Virus record (IMG/VR): IMGVR_UViG_3300043029_000019
DNA: 64,000 nucleotides
Reading direction: 5' to 3' (one strand)
From: an uncultured virus (IMG/VR IMGVR_UViG_3300043029_000019)
Lineage: Duplodnaviria > Heunggongvirae > Uroviricota > Caudoviricetes
Below the pieces are notes generated by a model, which had not been told where the DNA came from, ran no database searches, and saw only the letters and a program-made list of their open reading frames with translations. This document shows positions 36,209 through 43,523 of the stretch, one piece after another. Every line of letters starts with the position of its first letter. Position 1 is the stretch's first letter. The translations under genes and the position numbers were made by a program.

Positions 36209-36433
36209 TTACTCAGTATCCCATGGCCTATCATCCTTACTCTGGCAGATATAGAAATCAAAGTCGCAGTCTGTTCCTTCAGGAGGAACCAGTTTGTACC
36301 CTGGCGTACATTGTGAAAAATCGTTACCGCATGGCACGAGGTCAGTAATATCACACCCGCATTCAGCCCCATTTTGCAGCCCATCAAAGTCATTCTCGTC
36401 AAGATAGTTTTTTACTATTCTCAGGCAATCCAT
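36209..36433 (-). CDS. Cassette 4 ORF, 74-aa Cys-rich acidic protein
   Basis: FDGL...ECGCDITDLVPC...CTPGY; AGGAG RBS. Confidence 0.8.
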   Translation of the reverse strand: MDCLRIVKNYLDENDFDGLQNGAECGCDITDLVPCGNDFSQCTPGYKLVPPEGTDCDFDFYICQSKDDRPWDTE

Positions 36434-36455
36434 TTTGCGCTCCTATGAAGTTAAA

Positions 36456-36513
36456 AGATAACAAGTCCATAAACACGGACTCGTTTCACTCGCCGGTTAT
36501 GTCGGCGTTGGCT
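36456..36513 (+). repeat. attC site 4 (short type)
   Basis: AGATAAC..ATAAACACGGAC...CCGGTTAT..GTTGGCT. Confidence 0.85.
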
Positions 36514-36518
36514 GGCTA

Positions 36519-36716
36519 TCAAGTACGCCTTATCAGGTCATCTAATCGGTCAAGTTCTTCGCCGGTTCTGCGCGGCTTCATTGGCACTGTCGGGCCATAG
36601 TTTCTACGTTCAACAGCTCCGCAGTTTACGCATGTACCAAGGGGTGGCAGTTTTCCTCCCCAAAACTCAGGCACTTCTACAGCGCCGCCGCATTCGCTAC
36701 AGGTTCCTTTAATCAT
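36519..36716 (-). CDS. Cassette 5 ORF, 65-aa zinc ribbon
   Basis: CSECGG...CVNCG; GGAG RBS. Confidence 0.8.
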   Translation of the reverse strand: MIKGTCSECGGAVEVPEFWGGKLPPLGTCVNCGAVERRNYGPTVPMKPRRTGEELDRLDDLIRRT

Positions 36717-36739
36717 TTAGCTCTCCGATCCACCGCGCC

Positions 36740-36841
36740 TGCCAACCAGCCACCGCAGCGGAAGGAAGACACGGTTCAGGTTTGCGTTAAAATTCGTGGT
36801 TCGCGGTCGGCCTCGCGCCTCCGCTGGCCTCATCGTTGTTT
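36740..36841 (+). repeat. attC site 5
   Basis: TGCCAAC..CCGCAGCGGA...TCCGCTGG..GTTGTTT. Confidence 0.8.
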
Positions 36842-36843
36842 TG

Positions 36844-36969
36844 CTATTCGTTCTCGCAACTTTCGCAGACACACTCAGGGCAGAGAACAGCCCCGCATTT
36901 TTCACATTCATGAGCATCTTCTTCCGAGAAATCGCAGCCACAATTTTCACACAATGTCGTTATGTCCAT
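36844..36969 (-). CDS. Cassette 6 ORF, 41-aa Cys-rich protein
   Basis: Hand-translated MDITTLCENCGCDFSEEDAHECEKCGAVLCPECVCESCENE; GGAG RBS. Confidence 0.75.
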   Translation of the reverse strand: MDITTLCENCGCDFSEEDAHECEKCGAVLCPECVCESCENE

Positions 36970-36994
36970 TTTCGTCTCCGTAGGATGCAGCGCA

Positions 36995-37052
36995 AAACAA
37001 CCAGTCAATCAACACGGACTCGTAAACTCGCCGGTTATCGGCATCGTTATAT
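36995..37052 (+). repeat. attC site 6 (short type, near copy of site 4)
   Basis: AAACAAC..ATCAACACGGAC...CCGGTTAT..GTTATAT. Confidence 0.85.
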
Positions 37053-37409
37053 CCCCAGTAGCTCGCCAACTTTTCTCCAGTCCACATATGGCCTCTCGTG
37101 TTCACCAGGATCGCGCAGTAGTGGAATACCAAGTGCAGCATCGTCTATATACATCTGACCATAGGCTTTAGGCGAGTTTGTCCATTCTTTTTGTGTCGGA
37201 TTCTCGTTTACCCCATAAAGAGGTATGCCGTTTTCCTTAAACCAACTAACAGCGTCTGCAAGGTGGTCTCCATCCCGCATCGTAAATAAGATAATCTTGT
37301 TCCCCAGAACTGAGAGTTTTTTCAAATAAGGCGCAGCTCCAATATCCGCCCCCACATTTGGGTATTCATGTTTCACACACGTTCCGTCAAAATCTACACA
37401 TATTTCCAT
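37047..37409 (-). CDS. Cassette 7 ORF, small HAD-superfamily phosphatase
   Basis: ICVDFDGT, ILFTMR, SPK...YIDD. Confidence 0.88.
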   Translation of the reverse strand: MEICVDFDGTCVKHEYPNVGADIGAAPYLKKLSVLGNKIILFTMRDGDHLADAVSWFKENGIPLYGVNENPTQKEWTNSPKAYGQMYIDDAALGIPLLRDPGEHERPYVDWRKVGELLGI

Positions 37410-37431
37410 GTTTAAGTGTCCTTTAATTTTG

Positions 37432-37497
37432 ATATAACAAAACGTTAGAGTCGGATTGCGCAAACTGCCGCGCAACCGGTTACCCTTGTCGCTATAT
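37432..37497 (+). repeat. attC site 7 (chimeric/degenerate)
   Basis: ATATAAC start; right half shares CCGGTTACCCTTGTCG with site 8; R' reads GCTATAT. Confidence 0.6.
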
Positions 37498-37503
37498 TTT
37501 GCT

Positions 37504-37644
37504 TCAACGCCATGCTCTAGGAGAAAGCCCCAGCAATAAGAACCATCCGAATCCACCAGCAAAAAAAGTCCAGTGTAGGGCAGCGTAGATGCAGAAAAGT
37601 ATCAGCAAAACGTCAAATCCTGTCGCATATTCCCTCATGTTCAT
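37504..37644 (-). CDS. Cassette 8 ORF, 46-aa hydrophobic protein
   Basis: Hand-translated MNMREYATGFDVLLILFCIYAALHWTFF...; AAGGAG RBS. Confidence 0.55.
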   Translation of the reverse strand: MNMREYATGFDVLLILFCIYAALHWTFFAGGFGWFLLLGLSPRAWR

Positions 37645-37660
37645 ATCTCCTTAAAAAATC

Positions 37661-37726
37661 GGCTAACCAGCGGGTCAACGCGGACCGCCGAAACTGCCCG
37701 GCGTCCGGTTACCCTTGTCGTTGTCA
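37661..37726 (+). repeat. attC site 8
   Basis: GGCTAAC..GTCAACGCGGAC...GTCCGGTTAC..GTTGTCA. Confidence 0.85.
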
Positions 37727-38026
37727 ACTACACCGCCATATCCTGACCATACGTGCATGATTTGACGGCCTGTTGCTCTTCCGCATCCCTGCGTATACCC
37801 AACTCTTGTTTTTAAAAACAGCTCCGAAAGAGTTGCTATGAGCAGGCTGTACGCCAAGCAGGTCTAGCACCTCCCGCACTTCGTCCATCGTTACGGTGCC
37901 GTTTTTCTTGGCCAGGAGTTCGGCTATAGACCGTGCCGTGCCGACAAAATCACCTTCTTTGATTTCAATGGCGTCGAGGCCGTGCTGCTTGAGCTTCTCG
38001 CCTTTAAAGAGTCCCATCTGGTTCAT
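37724..38026 (-). CDS. Hypothetical phage early protein
   Basis: AAGGAGG RBS; SNRPSNHAR..RIW. Confidence 0.75.
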   Translation of the reverse strand: MNQMGLFKGEKLKQHGLDAIEIKEGDFVGTARSIAELLAKKNGTVTMDEVREVLDLLGVQPAHSNSFGAVFKNKSWVYAGMRKSNRPSNHARMVRIWRCS

Positions 38027-38035
38027 GATTCCTCC

Positions 38036-38233
38036 TTACTTGATAATCCCTCGCTCACGTTGCCGCAGGCGACGAGCCTTTTCCTTCGCACCTTGCGCCG
38101 GTCTGGTGGGATATTTGTAATTTCGCCCTGCAAGCCCTTTTGTTCTGTTGCTAAGTCCTGCGTAAACATCTTCCACTGTAGGGAATCCAAGGCTTTTAAA
38201 AACGCTTTGATAGTTCAGTTGATAGTTGTTCAC
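38036..38233 (-). CDS. Small basic protein
   Basis: QGAKEKARRLRQ; coupled start. Confidence 0.6.
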   Translation of the reverse strand: MNNYQLNYQSVFKSLGFPTVEDVYAGLSNRTKGLAGRNYKYPTRPAQGAKEKARRLRQRERGIIK

Positions 38234-38490
38234 ATTGCCTCCCTGAGTAATTCATTGGTTCGCTGCAAAAGCTCTTCTTCGCTTCCGTACTCCCTGCAAA
38301 ATGCTTTCTTCCCAAGCGTGTGTATGCCGTCCGCGCCTTGATGATGCCTATAGCAAAGCGGAATCGTCTTGCTGTGCTTTCGCGTCTCGCCGTACCTGCG
38401 GACATGATGCACGTTGCAAGGGGTTGCTCCGCATACAGCGCAAGGAAGAGAGGCCACGGCGTTAAGCCTGCGTTTATCTGCTACGGTCAT
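38230..38490 (-). CDS. Ref/DUF968-like HNH-type nuclease
   Basis: LPCAVCG...HH...TIPLCYRHHQG..GIH. Confidence 0.8.
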   Translation of the reverse strand: MTVADKRRLNAVASLPCAVCGATPCNVHHVRRYGETRKHSKTIPLCYRHHQGADGIHTLGKKAFCREYGSEEELLQRTNELLREAM

Positions 38491-38870
38491 ACCGCCACCC
38501 TCTCTTTCCACTCCACTCCATGCTCTGCGCCAAAACAGTAGATAAGCTCGATTAGCTCCGAAAACTCCGCCTTGCTCATTTTGGAAGTGTGCGCCCCTAT
38601 CACCACAAAGCCCCCGTCGATCCCAGGAACGGCACGTTGCTTTTTCAGCCCTGCGGTAAGCACGTCCTTCCACTCTTCCTTCGTGAGTTTCTGCCCGTAC
38701 CATTCGACTTGCGTTGACAATTCGGTGAGCAAGGGCCACAGCAAAGCGTTCTGATCGAGTGAGCGTGTCGGCGGCTTAATCTCAACCACCATCCCTTCCG
38801 GTGCGTTCTGTACTGCTGCCATGGCGCGTTGACGGGCGGTTTCGTGAGCGAGGGTAAAGCGTTGTTTCAC
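38487..38870 (-). CDS. ninB: NinB (Orf) recombination mediator
   Basis: TRSLDQNALLW...EEWKD...TSKMSKAEFSELIELI. Confidence 0.9.
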   Translation of the reverse strand: MKQRFTLAHETARQRAMAAVQNAPEGMVVEIKPPTRSLDQNALLWPLLTELSTQVEWYGQKLTKEEWKDVLTAGLKKQRAVPGIDGGFVVIGAHTSKMSKAEFSELIELIYCFGAEHGVEWKERVAV

Positions 38871-39036
38871 CGTTCCACCTCCATGCATCCCTCTATCCGC
38901 AACTCGGGCCACGCCTGTTCCGCTTGCTGCTTTGCGTGAGTCGCAGACATGGCAAAGACCCGCAGTTTTATCCCTTCGCTCATTTCAACTGCATAAAGTT
39001 CCATGTCTTCACAATTGTTTGTTGTGAGTACGTCAA

Positions 39037-39264
39037 TCATTCCACACCCCCATATGGCATCACGCCTGCCGGTGTCTCTGCCTCGTCGCGCTCCGGCCCT
39101 TCGTTGTTAAGAATCGGCGCGAAGCAGCAGTTGGATATGTACTCAGGGTGCCGCACCTGCGTTCTAACCATCCTGCCACTCGGACCTTCCAGCATTTCCG
39201 TTCCTTCATCTGCCAGAATTTCGCAGTGCTCTTTGCAGTTGCTGCATATTCCAAAGCGTTTCAT
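39037..39264 (-). CDS. Small Cys-containing early protein
   Basis: AGGAGG RBS; CSNCKEHC...SNCC. Confidence 0.7.
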   Translation of the reverse strand: MKRFGICSNCKEHCEILADEGTEMLEGPSGRMVRTQVRHPEYISNCCFAPILNNEGPERDEAETPAGVMPYGGVE

Positions 39265-39354
39265 GGCTACCTCCTTTAATTCCCCGCCCCCGACTGCCGA
39301 GGGCGGGGTGCCGCAGACCGAAACAGTTTCCTGCAGAACAGAAAAAATCTGCGG

Positions 39355-40296
39355 CTAGTAAACGATCTTCACGTTATCAATCAGCCCTTTGGCTACGAGC
39401 GTGACAATCTGCTTTGCCTGTTCCTTGCCGATGCCGTTAGCCACGAAAGCCGCCAACACTGCGTTGTTGATTTTCTTCTTGTGCTCAATGTCGGCTTGCC
39501 GCGCTTCCTCTTCGGCTTTGCGCTTGGCTTCGGCTTCCAACCGTTCCCGCTCAATGCGCTCGGCCTCTTCCTTGGCTTTGCGTTCCGCTTCCTTAACGGC
39601 CATTTCCCGCTCCACCTTGGCGCGTTCTTCGGCGGCGACACGATCACGATCTGCCTTCTCTGCCGCTTCCCTGGCTTCGCGTTCCTTGCGTTCCGCTTCA
39701 AGGATTTTGGCTTGCGCTTCTTCCTCAGCTTTCTTACGGGCCGCTCCTTCGGCTTCGCGCCTCAACTGAGCTTCGCGCTCGATGCGTTCCCGTTCCAGCC
39801 GTTCAGCCTCTTCTTTCTGCCGCCGTTCTTCTTCCTGACGGGCAAGTTCAGCTTCCTTCGCTTCGATTTCCTTTTGCCGCAGGTAAAGCGCGTGTTCGGC
39901 AAGGGCCGCTTCGTGGGCCTCTTCAATTTCCTTGGCGAGTTTTTCAGCGGCTTCCCGTGCGGCCTCTGCTTCTTCCCACTCGGTCAACGGCTGGCGTACT
40001 TCATCGCGAAGAGCGTCAAGGTGATCTCTGGCTTTCTTGCGCTCAGAATCAACCTTTTTGACTTTCGCCTTCATGTCTGCAACAAGTTCTTTCCCCAACT
40101 TGTCAAGTACCACCTTGGATTGACTGACCTTGTACGCCATGGATGCAATCTGTTTGCGCCCCTTGGCATGCTCGACGGTAGGCGTAAAGCCTTTTGCCTT
40201 CGCTTCGATTTCGGCAAGCAGCGGGTCAAGGCTGTTGCCGGTAAATACGTCCATGACGTTTAGTTGTTCGACTACGACCAGTTCAGTGTTTTCCAT
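39355..40296 (-). CDS. Coiled-coil phage early protein
   Basis: KGRKQIASMAYKV...EVRQPLTEWE then E/R/A/K-rich coil. Confidence 0.85.
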   Translation of the reverse strand: MENTELVVVEQLNVMDVFTGNSLDPLLAEIEAKAKGFTPTVEHAKGRKQIASMAYKVSQSKVVLDKLGKELVADMKAKVKKVDSERKKARDHLDALRDEVRQPLTEWEEAEAAREAAEKLAKEIEEAHEAALAEHALYLRQKEIEAKEAELARQEEERRQKEEAERLERERIEREAQLRREAEGAARKKAEEEAQAKILEAERKEREAREAAEKADRDRVAAEERAKVEREMAVKEAERKAKEEAERIERERLEAEAKRKAEEEARQADIEHKKKINNAVLAAFVANGIGKEQAKQIVTLVAKGLIDNVKIVY

Positions 40297-40355
40297 CCTC
40301 TTTCCTCCTTATTCGTTAACGACCTCGCCGCCGAGTTCCACGCGACGGGCCGCTG

Positions 40356-41024
40356 TTATGCTGCGTGTCTCTTGGCTTCCAACGCATTAACCGCCTTGCT
40401 GTAATTCTGAGAAGGGATGTCGGCCAGAGTTTTTACGTCAAGCCACTCGCAAAACCTCTCTTTGTCGGCTCCTGTTTCGGCTATCAGGGCTTCTATGTCG
40501 GCAAGCTGGTTGCGGGTAATAAACCCGTTTGGCCTCGACCCTTTCGGCAGCGCCCATGCTGGAAGTTGCGGCGGATCCCACTTCATTGCGTCAAGGTTTT
40601 TCTTCTGATCGCGCCCTGCGTAATTCTTGCCACCCGCGTGGATATTCGCCCACCCGCTTTCAAGGTTGTACAGATATCGCCCTACGCCCCATTGCACAGC
40701 CGCCCGTTTCATCGCACCGGATATCCCGCCCTTGGTGGACTCAATTTGGCTTTCCTGCGCCCCGTCCCACTTGGTGATCCACTCGTTATCGATCCGCAGG
40801 GACAGGCCACACAGAAATGCGCTGTCGATGTGGCAAAATTCGTTCTTCCAGTTCTCCGGCCCCATGACTTCATCAAGCCGCTGCATAATGGCGCGGTTGG
40901 TGACGTAGGCTAAGACCTTCGCCCACTGTCTGTTGTTCTTTTGCCCGCGTTCCGCAATGCGCCATTCGATGTCTTCCGCAGGGAAAGGAGCCGCTAGAGC
41001 TTCCCAAATCTCCTTTTTATTCAT
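40356..41024 (-). CDS. Rad52/Sak-like single-strand annealing recombinase
   Basis: LAAPFP..DIEWR...AYVTNRAIMQRLDEV...AMKRAAVQWGVGRYLY. Confidence 0.9.
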   Translation of the reverse strand: MNKKEIWEALAAPFPAEDIEWRIAERGQKNNRQWAKVLAYVTNRAIMQRLDEVMGPENWKNEFCHIDSAFLCGLSLRIDNEWITKWDGAQESQIESTKGGISGAMKRAAVQWGVGRYLYNLESGWANIHAGGKNYAGRDQKKNLDAMKWDPPQLPAWALPKGSRPNGFITRNQLADIEALIAETGADKERFCEWLDVKTLADIPSQNYSKAVNALEAKRHAA

Positions 41025-41340
41025 TTCCTCTCTCCCATCCCCAGAGCGCACCGGCTGCCGGTTCCTCCCGGCACGCACGGCACGTCAGGTTTAACCCATG
41101 CTCCGATTGATAGCCCTGACCGCAGGTAGGACATACGCTGGTGTATTCGCGATAAACCGGCTCCGGCAGTTCTGGTTCAAACGGTTCGCAGACCTCGTGA
41201 GGGCAAACGCGGCAGTCCCCGTCGCACTCTTCGGATTCCGGGGCCTCGCAGTTGCGCTTACGCTCTGCCGCCATTCTCTGTGCGTATGAGATTTTGGCTA
41301 TGTGGATTTCTCTCCAAAATTGTTTTTCTACCGCGTTCAT
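41017..41340 (-). CDS. Cys-rich hypothetical protein
   Basis: GGAGG RBS; several CxxC pairs. Confidence 0.65.
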   Translation of the reverse strand: MNAVEKQFWREIHIAKISYAQRMAAERKRNCEAPESEECDGDCRVCPHEVCEPFEPELPEPVYREYTSVCPTCGQGYQSEHGLNLTCRACREEPAAGALWGWERGNE

Positions 41341-41349
41341 GGTTGCCTC

Positions 41350-41613
41350 CTATTTGCTGACTGCTTTCTCAAGACTCTCAACCCGCAACTTGAGACGGCT
41401 TAGTTCTTGTGCGCGTTCTTCCGGCAACCTTTCTTCAAGTTCCGCGATAGCATACTCAAAGGACTTATGCCCGACTGAATAAACCCCGTCTGCCGAGACT
41501 GAATACATGCTTGTGATGCTACCGTCAGACCGCGTGAAGAAAGATTCTTCCGCCCCGCAGTTTTTCGTCAGGCTCAACTCCATAACCTTTTCTATGGCTT
41601 GTCTGGTTTCCAT
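41350..41613 (-). CDS. Hypothetical protein
   Basis: GGAGG RBS before METRQ. Confidence 0.6.
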   Translation of the reverse strand: METRQAIEKVMELSLTKNCGAEESFFTRSDGSITSMYSVSADGVYSVGHKSFEYAIAELEERLPEERAQELSRLKLRVESLEKAVSK

Positions 41614-42074
41614 TGTCTCCTCCGATTCTCGCTGCCTCGTCCGGAAAGTAGCTGGCAAGGCAGCGGTCACATATTCCGTGGGTTTCTCCCTCCTGATTGT
41701 CGTCAGTAAACCCCATTACCGTTTTGCACCATGCACATCGGCGCGTCATCGGCGCGACTCCATCTGCTGTGCGTGTTGCGCCTCCATCTGAGCAATCCTG
41801 TCTTCTTTTTCCATGCATTCGTACAGGCTCCATATGCCTACTGCGTACAAAAAGATGATGCCGAGTATTGCTGGCCATGTTTTCATGCTTTCCTCCGCAT
41901 TAGTCGTTTTGCTTCGTCAATTCTCCCGGCGTCAAACAGCCGCTTTATTTCATGTACCCTGTCACCTGGGTGGAAAACTGCCGCTGATATCCGGTCAACT
42001 TTTGCCTTGAGTTCCGCAACGGTTTTTTCAAGCTGTGCCAAATCCATTGCTAAAATCCTTCTCGGTGATATCGT

Positions 42075-42236
42075 TTAACTAGCAAGCCGCCTCTTTTCTG
42101 CGGCGATAGCTCGTTTTAACAGTCTGTCGGTAAGGTCGCACAACCTCGTGTTGTGCCCCTTGCGCTGATGCTCCAATTGCAACTCTTTAAGATCGAGCCA
42201 CGAGTCGGAGCTAACATTGATAGGCTTCCGTTTCAT
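42075..42236 (-). CDS. Small regulator in the cro position (ribbon-helix-helix-like)
   Basis: AAGGAG RBS; MKRKPINVS then two helices; divergent from the repressor. Confidence 0.6.
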   Translation of the reverse strand: MKRKPINVSSDSWLDLKELQLEHQRKGHNTRLCDLTDRLLKRAIAAEKRRLAS

Positions 42237-42372
42237 GATGTTGCTCCTTTGTTGTTGGTAAATAATTTCCCCGTGTCCGCCACTTAGCCCAAACAGTTTA
42301 CGAGCGTGCAATAGGCGGGGATAGCGAGGTATTCGATTTTAAAAGAGCGAAATTTGTTCCCTGTTGAGTTCC

Positions 42373-42400
42373 AGTATAGTTAAAATATTTACCGAGTCAA
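42373..42400 (-). promoter_or_regulatory. Early lytic promoter, followed by boxA-like CGCTCTTTTAAA (42338-42349)
   Basis: TTGACT-N16-TATACT. Confidence 0.65.
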
Positions 42401-42482
42401 CAGAAAAATAGAGAAAATTTTTAGCTGTTTGCTCCTGCGAGAAAAATGTCAATGATTACAAAATGTTGCGACATTAAAAAAA

Positions 42483-42511
42483 TTGACATTAATCATTCGA
42501 CAAGGTAAAAA
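42483..42511 (+). promoter_or_regulatory. Repressor promoter giving a probable leaderless mRNA
   Basis: TTGACA-N17-TAAAAA, ATG 7 nt downstream, no SD. Confidence 0.55.
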
Positions 42512-42517
42512 ATAACT

Positions 42518-42901
42518 ATGGAAAAAATCATTGGGAAAAGAATACTTGAGGTGAGGAAGAGAATTTCCGACCTCAATCAATCGGATTTAGGCGCTCTCTT
42601 TGGCGTGAAAAACGTCGCCGTCTCACAATGGGAGAACGGCGAAACGATGCCAAGCGTTGAGGTGTTAGAAAAGGTCGCCGACATGGCTGGCGAGTCGCTG
42701 GACTGGCTTTTCGGGAGAGAGGACAAAACCATTTCAAACGAAGAGCGCAGGCTTTTGAGGTTTTTCCGAGGAACAAGCGAAGAAGGACAAGAAATAGTGC
42801 TGGAGACCGTAGAGGAAGGTGTTAAAGGGGTCGTCTGCCATCTAAGACAAAAAAGCAAGCCGCCCTCACGCAATGGTCAGAGCGGCTCCGTGAGATATTA
42901 G
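42518..42901 (+). CDS. XRE-family repressor (cI-like, no S24 peptidase domain)
   Basis: IGKRI...LNQSDLG..FGV...AVSQWENG..P...SLDWL. Confidence 0.9.
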   Translation: MEKIIGKRILEVRKRISDLNQSDLGALFGVKNVAVSQWENGETMPSVEVLEKVADMAGESLDWLFGREDKTISNEERRLLRFFRGTSEEGQEIVLETVEEGVKGVVCHLRQKSKPPSRNGQSGSVRY

Positions 42902-42992
42902 GTTGGCGGAGTCAGAGTCCTAGCGTCAAACTCATTTCCGTTGTTGTCACGGATAGTTACAACTCTTTTGCTTAACTGGTATGGTTAACCGG

Positions 42993-43298
42993 CTAAGAAA
43001 GCAAGTTGTCTACCATGGCATAGACGGCCTCTCGGAATGCCTGATAATCCAGCCATTCCTGCGAGGTACGATCGAGTGCGAGTTTTCCGAGTTGAGATGA
43101 ATAATCGTGACGCTCCGTGATCAGGGCGTCAATCAATGTCCCTCTGTTTATATCCGGCACATTGACATAATCGTATTCATATCCCTGCACAGTTTCGCCA
43201 TCGACAACCTTCTCCGTTTGCTCAATGTTGTAGCGGAACTGATAGCCGCCGTTGTGCGGCACGATTGCGTCAGGTTGCTGTGTACTGCTGCCTTTCAT
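42993..43298 (-). CDS. 101-aa hypothetical protein downstream of the DGR remnant
   Basis: GAGGAG RBS before MKGSSTQQ. Confidence 0.75.
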   Translation of the reverse strand: MKGSSTQQPDAIVPHNGGYQFRYNIEQTEKVVDGETVQGYEYDYVNVPDINRGTLIDALITERHDYSSQLGKLALDRTSQEWLDYQAFREAVYAMVDNLLS

Positions 43299-43329
43299 AA
43301 TTAACTCCTCTGGGGGTATTTTTTGATGC

Positions 43330-43353
43330 CAGAAAGACGCGGAGACCTGCTGC
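43330..43353 (-). repeat. Truncated DGR template-repeat-like remnant
   Basis: 21/24 match to 43641-43664; two of the three mismatches are A in this copy. Confidence 0.65.
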
Positions 43354-43354
43354 G

Positions 43355-43503
43355 TTGACATCCTCCCCGCCGTGAACGACGGGGTTTTACGGAACAAAGG
43401 ATAAAAAAATACATCCAAAAACAGGAACGACCACAAACCTAAACCGCGCTATCCATCCCCACCCAAACTTTGAGGTTCTGGATGGGGAATTCCGCGCATT
43501 TCG
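43355..43503 (-). mobile_element. IS605-family end remnants (fused RE/LE hairpin 43355-43400 and a second left end 43444-43503)
   Basis: TTGAC..CCCCGCCGTGAACGACGGGGTTTTAC..|ATAAA, and CGAAATGCGCGGAATTCCCCATCC...GGGTGGGGATGGATAGCGCG after TTTAA. Confidence 0.65.
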
Positions 43504-43523
43504 TTAAAATTTGTGCGGACGCA

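Larger units (their letters stand above)
35156..37726 (+). mobile_element. Integron-type gene cassette array without intI (8 cassettes)
   Basis: Eight attC-like sites plus an entry site; in 7 of 8 cassettes the first bases complement that cassette's own R'' box. Confidence 0.85.

Noticed and set aside
35156..37726. CRISPR array or plain terminators
   Set aside because: Repeats vary in length and sequence, the intervening DNA is whole genes, and there are no U tracts or cas genes. The attC architecture fits better.
39355..40296. TolA-like envelope protein
   Set aside because: Resemblance is only E/A/K/R low complexity; there is no TM anchor and it sits among recombination genes.
42904..42911. 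tRNA 3' end / att core (CTCCGCCA on the minus strand)
   Set aside because: Only 8 bp, no tRNA body, and no partner copy identified at a boundary.
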